From Paraspadella gotoi (Eukaryota > Animalia > Chaetognatha): DNA of 64,000 nucleotides. This document shows, in pieces, positions 39,715-51,136 of the stretch. The notes under the pieces were generated by a model. The model saw only the letters and a list, made by a program, of their open reading frames with translations. It searched no databases and had not been told where the DNA came from. The stretch covers positions 21,375,665-21,439,664 of the forward strand of contig CM119269.1 of NCBI GenBank assembly GCA_051294375.1, given 5' to 3'. The stretch's first letter is position 1, and each line of letters starts with the position of its first letter. Position numbers and translations under genes: made by a program.

Positions 39715-42700
39715 ATGTTCTTCTCGCGATCTCAGCGCCTTTCGCGGCCAAATTCTCCGATTGCCCTTTTGTTGTTGACTTGTTGGATTAACCGTTTGGC
39801 GGCCGAAACGACCGGAACGCCGGAAACTCTGACGACGCCGACGACGACGCCGACGCCGACGACGACAACGAGGACAACAATCAAGGACATAGAAAGAATC
39901 GTTTTGGCTGCAGTGGAAAGCTCCGACGCGCTATTGGAATGTCCCATCGATTACGGTGAGAAAAATAACTGGAAATACTCAATTAATTTTAATTTACAAA
40001 ACTCGAGCAAGTGTTGACAAAATTAGCGATTTTCTAAACTTATTTGTGAAAGGAGTTCTTTTAATCTCTTCAGATTTTTACACGGACATAGAAACTGTTC
40101 TTCTGAATAGGGCATAGTAACAATGTGTTTTAAACATTCTGAGTGACTTTTTCTTTTCAGTTTGCCCTCGTAACTATATTTTTACGAGTCATAGTCACCA
40201 TACATGGTGACAATTTTACAAGCGCCGGTAAAAAAAATGCTGTCATTTGCAAACCAGTAGTTATTTCATTGATTTTAAAAATTAGTTGAGTAGAAAATAT
40301 TAAAGTAATTTATGTATTCAAATTCTGTATTGATCAGTTAAGATATGCCTTGACAAGGAGTTGAGAAAGTTGGCTTGCAAAATCGTTTCATTTTCCATGT
40401 GTTTTTAAATTCAATTTTTTTTCCAACTTTTAGCATTTTTTTAAACAAAGTATTTATTAAAATATTAACAATATTACTATCCTCAGAAAGCCTTTAAAAA
40501 AATGAAGAGAATGATATATTATGAAAGCTCTAACATAAAAATTAAGCTTCCCAGCCTTGTTTCAATTAAGAGAATTAAAATTGAATTATGTAAAATTTTA
40601 AATCTTTTTTAAAAATATATAACCTGTTTAAATTATTATGACATAAAATATTATTGTTTATATAAGTATCATGAAAGAGCCTGAAAAGAGAAGATTTAAG
40701 ATAGCCAATCACAATTTGATAAAAATCTTAAATTTTATTTTAAATTATCTTAAATTTTTGGAAAGATGTCTCATTTTTGAGTATCCTAATTAAATTAAAG
40801 CTGGGCCAGTTAAATTTTATACTACAGCATTTGTAAGTACGTCATTCTATTTAGATTTGAAAGGGCTTTCAGAAGATAATAATATTAATATTATTTTATT
40901 TCAAATTTCTTCAGAAAACTTACTGAAAGTAAGAGAAAAAAATTGAATCTAAAAAAGTGAGTTGGAAAATGAAACCCGATTTTACAAGCCAACTTTCTCC
41001 ACTCACTGTCAAGTCATATCTTAACTGATCAATATAAAATTTGAACATATAAATTACTTTAATATTTTCTATTCAACTAATTTTTAAAATCAATAAAATA
41101 ACCACTGGTTTGCAAATTACGTCGTTTTTTTTACCGGCGCTTGTAAAATTGTCACCATGTACTTATTACTCGATCACAGTAACTGGGCTTACCATTCTAT
41201 GTTAGTGACTGTTCTTATTACGCAATCATAGTAACTGTGACTGTGACTCTCTTTGTCTAAATGGGGATTCGCCTCAAGCGAGACCAAACTGTTTCCTTAT
41301 TCAAATCGAGTCGGACTGAAAAGCCAGACTCTGATTTTACGAGCAATTCTATTTTTCTGTTGTCATAAAGAAATACAAACAATATCCATAATTAATAATT
41401 CAATACAGATAAAACGGACAAAACAGATATCTCTTTCTCATATTTATATTTATATAAACTGACCCAACTGTTTGTTTACCAGTAATCGTGCAACTTTAAT
41501 AGATATTAGTTAGGACGATCTATTTTTCACAAATGTTTATTTTCTTCTGTTTGTGTTTCGGCTTCGAATCGATGGATCTCATCGTTTCAGTTTTAATCTG
41601 GGGAGCAGGAATCTGTTCGGGTCACTCGTCACAAAGTTCAGAGATCATAAAGATTAAAAAAGGAAGAAGGAAAAACGAGAGAAGAAATCATTATTGTTTT
41701 AAAAATAAACGCTATAATTATATATATATAGTATAAACCAAAGTGGTTAAACATTATACAATTTTTTTTATAGATTTTTCAAAATTATTTTTTTCAGTTA
41801 AAACTATTTTTATTTTTGAGTATAAGGTTTATTTTCAATATGAGAATACTGAGAATACAACAAAAGTATTCTCCGTATTCTTCTATTGAAAATAAACCTT
41901 ATACTCATTAATCATTATACTCCCTGTGCCTGTGATGACGTTTAAATTATTTAATTTTTATTTTGTTACTTTTGTTACAACAGTCTTTATAAGCGTTATA
42001 AACTTGGGACCAACATTGACTCTCTCCTAAAACAACAGTCTCTACGACCCCCTAGGAAACATAATAATAATAATAATTATAAAATAATAATAATAATAAT
42101 AATAATTATAATAATAATAATAATCCCTTCGCTGTTGCAAAACCAATAAACGACCCGTGGGTCAAGAGACCAGCTTACGACGACGACGTTCGGCGCCGAT
42201 CACCGACCTCGGTGATCAACCGTTCACTCAGTCCGACCGAACGCGTTAATTATTCACGTTTCTGGTCACGCGTTTCGCCCCATTTCAGTCACGTGACCCG
42301 AGAAAATTGGCCCCCGCGGCCCCGCGGCCTCGAGGGTGCCGGACCGTCGGTTCCGTGAATTTTCGTGAAAGGGCGGGAAAACAAAGAGAGACAAAAGGGC
42401 ATTAATGGCCCGAATGGCTGCGGATCGACGGAGGGTCGATGACATTGATTGACTGCCGCTGCGGCTCCTGCGGCGGCTGTCGCTGCTGTTTTGTAGTGTA
42501 AGGGAGGTAATGCCCGTTCCTTATCTTTAGAATGAATTAACTTTTCAAATTTTCAAATTAAAACTGCGATTCCTTCGATAAAAATTATATTTTTTATAAT
42601 CGTTGCTCAATGACCCGCTCGCCGTGTGAGTGATTGAAAGAGTGAGATGGTGACAGAGTGACAGAGGGTAATTGTAATAGAGTGAGTGAGAGAGATTTGA

Positions 42701-45700
42701 AAAATTGGAATAAATCTACTTTTTTTTGGGGGGGGGTTGTCTTTTGAAAAAAAATATCTAAAGTCCAAAGTCAGGAACAAGATAGCTTATTTAGTAAATG
42801 AATGGGTAATGTTTACATTCGTAGTACTAATTTCAAAACACGAAATACTAATATATTTTTATCTATACTTTTCAGTCGGCTCCGAATCCAGTTGGACGCG
42901 AATCCCAACTAAAAAAATCGTCGACGAAATTCGCCAATGGCAAAGATTTCAAAGTCGATCTCGAGATCGAAGTGGAAGAAAGGTGATTTTTTGGTATTTT
43001 GAAGGCGGGAAAATTTGAATCGGATCTTTGGGGAGGAAAGGCGCCAAATTTTTATTGAAAGGCGAGAAAATTAGGTTCGTCGGGTAAAGGAAAGGTCGAT
43101 TCGATATAGGTTAGATTAATCTGTTAGTGTTGGTAAGTGAGTTAAGTTGAAGAAATGTCTGGAACATGGTAGAGTACAATTGGTACATATTCGTCTGGTG
43201 AAAGTAAGGGTCATCTGGTATGTGAGATATTGGCAATCTATCTGGTAAAAGGTGGGATTGTCTGAATAAGTAAGTTCGTTCATGTCAAGAGCAACTAAGT
43301 GTAGCTTTAGTGAGGTTAAGTTCAGTCGTGTAAGGTTATTTTGGTGTGGGAAAAATACAATTGAAACGTTCTTTAAAATATTTTATCTTTTCAACGATAT
43401 AGAAGTCAAGTACTCTGGGAGTGACTGTGAGAGAGTATTGATTGATAGCTTACAGGGACTTGCTATCTTGTAAGAGTGTTGGATGCCAAAAACCATCAAA
43501 GCCTGTCTAAAGTCAGCGACGAGATAAATAAACTTTATATTGTTTGTACCAATTTCATAACAAATTCACCCAAATTATTATAGAAAAAGAAAACTGTAAG
43601 TAACTCCAAGTAACATTGACACTAAACTTACCCTTTTTCCCTTGCCCAGCCCCCAGCCAGCTCCACCCCGGAAGTCCTTACTTCCGATCTCTCAGTGACG
43701 ACGACTCGATTTCCCGCTCGATACTCGATCCTCAGTTCGTCAAAGACTTATTCTCTGCGCATGCGCGCCGTCACCTTTTGGGACGCGGGCGTCTACGAGT
43801 GTCGCCGCGGAAATCGAACACGATTCGTGGAACTGCTCGTCGTCGGAAGGCCAAAGTGTCATAGAGGTTCGTTGTGCCACAACTACGTCCACAACTTGTG
43901 GACGTAGTTGTGGGCATTGCCCACTGGGCAAGGTTGTGGAAAAAAAGGTTTGAAAAAAGATGTGGGCAGAACTTTTGGGAAAATTATTCGGTAAATTGTG
44001 GGCAAAGTTTTGAGAAGTCCTTGGTTAAAAATTTAGAGTGAGTACATGCTCAAACGAATATTTAGACATTTTTAAGAATACTTTCAATGGACAAAAAATT
44101 TCTAATATGGCTCTATACCCTAGTAATTAATTTTTTAATATTTATTTATAGATAGGAAAGCCAAAAATTTTTTTTGAATTTTTAAATTTTAAGACCAGAT
44201 TCAGATAGCTCATAAAAAGTTGTCTACACAAAGTATGATTCTGTTTTAAATATTTTTACGATAAGTGTGTCAAAAATAAGAAAACTATAAAAAATCATCA
44301 TCATCATCATCTTTCGATGATTTATCAGTTTTTTTATATTTTCACTTAGAAAACATAAGAATTTTTAAAAGCTGTAATTATATTTCTTGTTTAACTTTTT
44401 ATGCTCTATCAGAAATCAAAAATTTTAAGATTTAAAAAAAATATTTTTGCTCTATATAGTAATATAATATTTTTAATTAGGCGAGTACCCTCAGAAGAAA
44501 GCATTTTTGACAAAAAATATTTTAATACCATAATCTATGGTCATGATAGATTATTTTAACGCTGTATACATTAGCATTTAAATTTCATCGGCTATGATCG
44601 GTTAAGATGTGGACAATTTTGTGGGCAAAGTTTTGTAAAGTATCTTGGAAAAAGTTGTGGGCCACTGGATTCCTGTCTTTGAATGAGTTAATAATAAAAT
44701 TATAAATAAGATCGTCGCTTAATCTTTGGTGCTATGCGGAAACTTAATTTTAATATTACCAATTAAATTTTACTATGAAATATTGATTTTAATTTATCTT
44801 AGTCTTTATATCAAATTCAGGACGCAACGTTGTCGAAGGTTCCAGCAAAAAATTAGCGGCGCTCTGCGAAGCCGAGTACAGCGCCCTCGACGAGACGGAA
44901 GGCGCGCCGTCTACACTGCGGCGCCAACCGTTCGTCACCTTGACGCCGGAAGGCGGCGCCAATTGGACGGCGTCCGGCGCCGAATCCAAATCCTTTTTCG
45001 CGTCGACGGGCGATTCCGGCGTCACGCATCAAGTTTGGATGCAAAGAAGGATGGAGACGTCGGCGAGAGGGAAAACGACGGAGGCAACCTCTGTGAGATG
45101 CAGTCTGGATTTCCCGCGTTGGGCCAAGGGACAATATCCGCCATCTTGTTGGCTAGATTTTCACGACTTTCCGATTCGTAAGTTTTTTCTTATAAATATA
45201 GAATGTCATAATATTTCTTTTTTAAATTTCAATTATTTTCTACGAATTATCATCCAGCAAATTTTTTTTTTTTCGATTTTTGTCGGTCGAAAATTTTAAA
45301 ATAATAATAATATAATCAAGAGTTAGATTGCTTACTTTTGTTTACTTTTCTTATTTCCCATATCTCCCGCCAGATGCGAGAGCGGCGCTAGTGAATCGTG
45401 AGATTTTAAAAGGAAAAGCGCATCAGGTGCATCGATTCGTCGACGTCGTCGCCTTCGAAGGAACGACTCTGGTTATGGACTGTAACATCTCGAATCCTCA
45501 CATGTGGCAGAGGAAAACTAAGACGAGGTATAAATATAAACAAATAAATGTAAATGATACTAAATATAAAAATATAGAAATTGTAGATAAGGCGCTAAGT
45601 GGGCTGAAGATGACTATCCGTAACTTCTATAACCCCCTCTAGCAGCCATGGAACGGGTCCCTGGGCTTGGAATTAAGAACCGGGATGGGATTGAACCCGG

Positions 45701-48700
45701 TACCTAGTGGTCATGAGCTGATGGCTTTACTCAATGAGCCACCGCGTCACAACTGAAAGTGTCATGCTTATAGGAGAGGTGAACCTTGGCAATGCCCGAC
45801 TACAAAATCGGAATTGTTCGATCAGGAAAATAGGTTTTTTTTTTGCTTCGACAATATTCAAAATTTCAAAATAATTGACAAAACTTCACAGCTGTTCATT
45901 TAACCAACCTGGCCTAAATTTTAAACTTTTACAGATTCTAATAAATATTTAATCTGTTTAAAAACATTTTAAAATTTGAAATATAATTGAATGTAAGTCA
46001 AAGGTAACATGGAACTTTTATCTCGTTTAGCATGCACCGAATAACATTCATAAACACTAATTAATTCTAATAATAACATTTATCATTAACTACCACAACA
46101 GAGGTTGGGACGATCTTTTCATCGACGACGCCCTCGTCGCCGACTCGGATCTTCCTCCATCCAAATTCCACATCCTCCACCTGCCCGTCCACAACCTCTA
46201 CCGACTCACCATCCCTGTCGCTTCTTTCAACGACGCCGGCGTCTACACTTGCATGGCGGCGACGACGCCCGGCCGACCGACCGACGCCGCCCACGCTACA
46301 GTCGCCATCTACAACGTGATGGTAGTCGGGAAACCGCAATGCCATCTACCGTACAACGCGACGCAGCGATTGATGGACGTGGCGCGTCTGGGGAGAACGA
46401 TGAGAAATTCTTATCTACGGATGGGACTAGTACCGGAAGAGATGGAGGTAGGGTGAAGGGAAGGGACGGAGGGACGGAGGGATTAACGGACTGACTAACT
46501 GAAGGTCGGACTGAGGAATTACTGACGGACTGACTGACTGACGACAATCCCGATCAAACGAGATTTGATTTCTCATGCATTAATTTTTTTTAGCGAAGGA
46601 AAAAAAAAAACTGGTTGATCGAGATTTTTATTTTTAACGGAAATGGCGGGGAGACATAATAACTGACTTATGTCTATTACTGATTGGCTCATCGTTATTT
46701 ACTAACTCGTTAATTAATTAATTAATTCAATTCATTCCAATCAATTTATTCAATTCCATTAAGTTTTTTTTCTCCATTAATTCCATTAAATACATCTCAT
46801 TAATTTGATTCCTTTTATTCAATTCAATCAAATCATTCCATTCAATTCATTATAATCATTCCATTCAATTCATTCAGCTGCAAATCGTGTTGTCAAAGAT
46901 TAAAACTTTTCATACTTGTTCAGGAAGCGAAATGCAGCGTCCGCTACGAGCAAGTCGAGTCCTGGTTGACGAAACCTCTCATCTCTTGGCATCGAGGGAC
47001 GGACGTCTACTACGAAGGCATCACCACAGACGTCGACGGGGAGTTGGACGTCGCCTTTAGGATCAGGCCGAAGGATGTCGGCTTCAGGGATCTGGAATGC
47101 GTGGTGAGTGGGGACTTGATTGGTTGATTGCTTTGGTTGATTGATTGATTGATTTATTTATGCATTGATTCATTGATATATTCATTGATTGATTGATTAA
47201 TTTATTTAATATATATGTCCATCAATCGTTTAATTACACCGATTAATTATTTAAATCTATCAAAAGGCGTTTGATCATACAATTAATAGATTTAATACAA
47301 CCAATCAAAAAGATCAGTCATTCAATCAATCAATCAGTCTCCTAATGCTTAATAAATTAATTTATAGATCCATGAATTAATTTGAAATAATGATTACCCC
47401 GTACATAAAAAGGTCGAGCACCGCAGCCTGGTGCCTTACCCATCGGATCAGCGCCACAACAGCTGCAGCATTCCCTTATCCCGTCAACGGTTCGCCCCCG
47501 TCGTGGAAGAGCGTCTCGGCCTCTTGCGAAGAGCGGGTGAGGTCGAACTTACCTGCGTCGCCGTCGGAAATCCGCTGCCGAAGATCGATTGGCGAATCGA
47601 CGGGGTTGGAAGGGCGGAAGGTAAGGCGGCGGAAGGTGAGGCACGGGGGGGGTGATTATTTGGCGTGATTGGGGGGTGGGTGGATTGTATGGCATGTAGA
47701 ATGTGTCGCTTTGTGACGGCGGTTGAGTATTGAAGAAAAAGATTTCAGTCATCAAAATTAAAACTGTTTGAACTGTTTTTTACGAATTATTACTCTATAC
47801 TGTTAAAACAATCTCTTGCAGGTTTTCAATTTAAATTTAACATTATTATTTTCTATGGTCAAACGTAGCTATTTTATTTACCATACAAATAAAAACAGAC
47901 ATCATCCCTAAAAAAATGAAATTAGTATTAAAAAATAACCTAAAATATACAACAATACCCACTTGCTCTCTGTCAAAAACTCATATTTACATATTACATT
48001 CTACATACATACATACATACATACATACATACATACATACATACATTGAAACATTCTTTGAAATATTTTCCACTTCATTGATAGGGAAGCCAGGTACTCT
48101 GGGAGTAAATAAACGGGACTGTGAGAGAGTCTTGATTGAAAGCTTGCAGGGACCTGCTATGTAATTATCTTGTAAGAGTGATGGAGGCCTTAAACCACCA
48201 AAGCCTGTCCAAAGTCAGGGGCAAGATAGCTTATTTATTAAATGAATGGATAATTTTTATATTGGTTGTACCAATTTCATACCATAATAATTTTGAAATA
48301 AATCATAACTCTTTTCCTTTCCCCGACTCTCACAGGAGTTCACCTTCTCACGGATTCTTTCGACGGATCACAAATCACTTCACGCCTTCGTCTCACCGCC
48401 TCCGCCGTCGCCTCGGCTCACGGCGACACCGTCACCTTCTCGTGCCACGCTGCCAACGCCCTCGGCCGGGACGTCCAGGACATCCGGGTCGATTTCCGAG
48501 AAAAGCCTTCATCCTCCTCTTTCACCTTCTCCTCCTCCTCCTCTTGGTATTGGCTGGCCGGCGGCGTCTCCGCCGCTGCGCTGCTGGCCGCCGTCGCCGC
48601 CGTCGCCTTCTGCTGCCGCGCTCGATCGAGAACGAGGCGAGCAGACGACGATGCGGGAAATTACGATAAAATGGACGAATCGATCGTAGTGCGAGCGCCG

Positions 48701-48748
48701 GACGAAGAAGGGGGGAGAGTGCCGGAAATGGAGTGGGATCATTTGTGA
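39715..48748 (+). CDS. Immunoglobulin-superfamily single-pass cell-surface protein, 5 Ig-like domains, 740 aa, 9 exons
   Basis: Exons 39715-39955, 42876-42982, 43650-43866, 44821-45177, 45374-45527, 46102-46447, 46924-47103, 47413-47620, 48336-48748 total 2223 nt with all phases consistent. Signal peptide and Thr-rich stretch; Ig motifs LLEC...W...YSLRM..DAGVYEC, MDC...W...DAGVYTC, LTCVAVGNPLPKIDW...FSCHAANALG; TM WYWLAGGVSAAALLAAVAAVAFCC; short tail containing NYDKM. Confidence 0.9.
40203..41159. mobile_element. 957-bp MITE/foldback DNA transposon with ~380-bp TIRs and TA target-site duplication
   Basis: ta|CATGGTGACAATTTTACAAGCGCCGGTAAAAAAA ... TTTTTTTACCGGCGCTTGTAAAATTGTCACCATG|ta; arms align to about 40580/40775. 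Confidence 0.85.
44030..44460 (-). mobile_element. Reverse copy of the AT-rich MITE-like repeat in an Ig-gene intron
   Basis: Reverse complement of 3240-3685. Confidence 0.7.
45592..45803 (-). mobile_element. tRNA-derived SINE-like element; partial second copy at 303-381
   Basis: Minus strand has A-box-like TGGCTCATTGAG and B-box GGTTCAATCC; 45725-45803 matches 303-381. Confidence 0.6.
48003..48280 (-). mobile_element. Reverse copy of the 15461 repeat family ending in a (TGTA)n tail
   Basis: Near-identical reverse complement of 15461-15700, followed by a tetranucleotide tail as in 3' ends of some non-LTR elements. Confidence 0.75.
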
Positions 48749-49880
48749 GAGGGAGTGGAACAGGGGATCATTTGCGAGAGGGAGAGGGAGTGGAAGAGGG
48801 GATCATTTACGAGAGGGAGAGGGAGTGGAAGAGGGGATCAGGATGGGGTCAGGAAAGGAGGGGGAGGAGAAGGGGTCAGGAAGAAGCCTGAATGAAGATT
48901 CGGCCGTATTTTCCAAAAGCGTTCCATTTTTGGTTTAATTTCGGATTTTTAAGTTTTTAGGTTTAAAAATTAGGTTAAAAGTATTAGAGATTTATTTAGG
49001 GATTGTGTTATTGATATTTTATAAATGATAAGCGATGGAATAAAATTGATATTGTGAATTATGAACAGAAATGGGGCGCTTTTGAAAAATGGTGCCAAAA
49101 CTTTTTTGACTGATAACAGTGTGATTTCCTATTTGTGATTAAATCTCTTAGAAAATTGTTAGTTGCGGGCTGTTTTACATAAAGAATAATTGAAATTACT
49201 TTGTCTTTTAATCCTACGAACAGCATCGGTATTTACTGTACTCGCATCATGATACAATGTATTTAAGTTTTGAGTATATACTACAACGAAAGTATTTTTT
49301 AATCAACAGTATTTTTGACGCTTATGACGCTTAAAAACTCATTACGAATTAACATAAATCAATTTTTTTAAATTTTTTTAATGAAAATTATGAACAAATT
49401 ATTTTCATTTGGCTTCTTAGAAAATCGTTAAACTACTCATTTTAATTTGGAAGAACCCATTTGGAAGAACCCATTTGGAAGAACCCATTTCCGATTTTAC
49501 TTTGATTCATTCGATTTAATTTTATATTTTTTTGTCCCATTATTTATTCATTAATCCATCTCTCGCTTTTAATTCCTGTGTACATTCATTTTTGTACTAT
49601 AATTGTCATTTCATCCATAGATTTTTAGATTTACGTTGAATGAATGCAAAATTACATTTTATTGCGTGAAGCGAAAATTTGGTCTTATAATAAATTCAGG
49701 AATGTAGCTAACGACTTTTCAGCTTTCGAATTAATTATAACGGATCAAAACTTTAATATAATTCATTAATTTTCAAAATTTCACACATGGAAATCGGACC
49801 CAAAAGAAAAGTTGGAATAAATAGTTCAAATATATCAGGCCAAAAAAAAAGAAAAAAAAGAAAAAAGAAAAAAAGTTGTA

Positions 49881-51105
49881 TCACTCTGGGTCGTTGTATT
49901 TGGTTGGATCAAGCTTTAGCCAAGCTTTGATTGGATCTGGAACGGGCAAGCGTTCAACTCGAGACCAAATCGCTTCTCTCTGTCCTCGACTTCCGTCCGA
50001 CGCCTGAGTTTGAATGAATGAATGAATGAATGAATTTTCTAAGTTGTGATACCAATATTATTTTTACGGGCGAAATAAAGATATAAAACACATAAAATTG
50101 CTTTGAATAAATAACCTGAAAAACAACAATTTCAGTTGTACTTTATTAATTGTACTTAGTAGATTTATGCATTTAAATACACTGACCACATCTGAAATTA
50201 CTTGTTTGCGCATTGTTAAAAAATATTTTAATAATAATTAAAATATACTAATTAAACAAATCAAAACCTGACCTGCACGACACGAAGAATGCGGCGCCTA
50301 ATTGCGGCGCGCGTAAGGAGCCAAAGCGATGGCGGCGCCGACGATTCCATTTCTAAGAAATCGCGGATTCGAAGGAGAGCGGCGCCTTCTTCGGGCGTCG
50401 TACGTCGAGGGGAATCTGTATGTGGTTTAGTATTCTATATATTATACAATATACATATTAATATGTAGAATTTTTGTAGAAAATAAGAGGGAACCAGAGT
50501 GTGGCTTGGAGTGAGAGAAAATAAGAGAGAGAAAGAAAAAAAAGAAAGACTGACTGACTGACCTCGCGCCAACAAAAGCCAAGAATGAAACAAACAAACA
50601 AAAGAAAAACGAAATTATTTGTTTCTACAACGATTAAAAAAACAAAAAACAAATCGTTGTAAAAACAAATAATTTCGTTTTTCTTTTCGCTAATTCGCTC
50701 ATACACAACGAAATGAAAGGATTAATAAACTAACTTCAACAATGAAACTCTTTTCCTCTCACCTTCATTCGCCTCCTCTTCCTCTTCCGGCGGCTGCATC
50801 TCCACCTTCCTGATCCCGGCCGCCAATTCCGGCCGCCAGTCTCGGTCGCCGGAGAGTCGGTATCCGCATTGGATGAGCAGCCGGACGTTGTGTTCGTCGA
50901 AGTGTCGGATGAGGAAAGAGAGTGGGGATCCTTTGAGTCGATCGAGGTGGGAGGGAGAGGGGAGGAACCTGAAGGGAAGGGGAAGGGGAAGGGGAAGTGG
51001 GGGGAAGGGGAAGTGGGGGGAATGGAAAGTTTAAAAACTCTATACTGAAATAACTGATGGAGACAAACGAATTACGTATTATTTTGACCTAACACACTCT
51101 TTATT

Positions 51106-51136
<31 letters not shown>

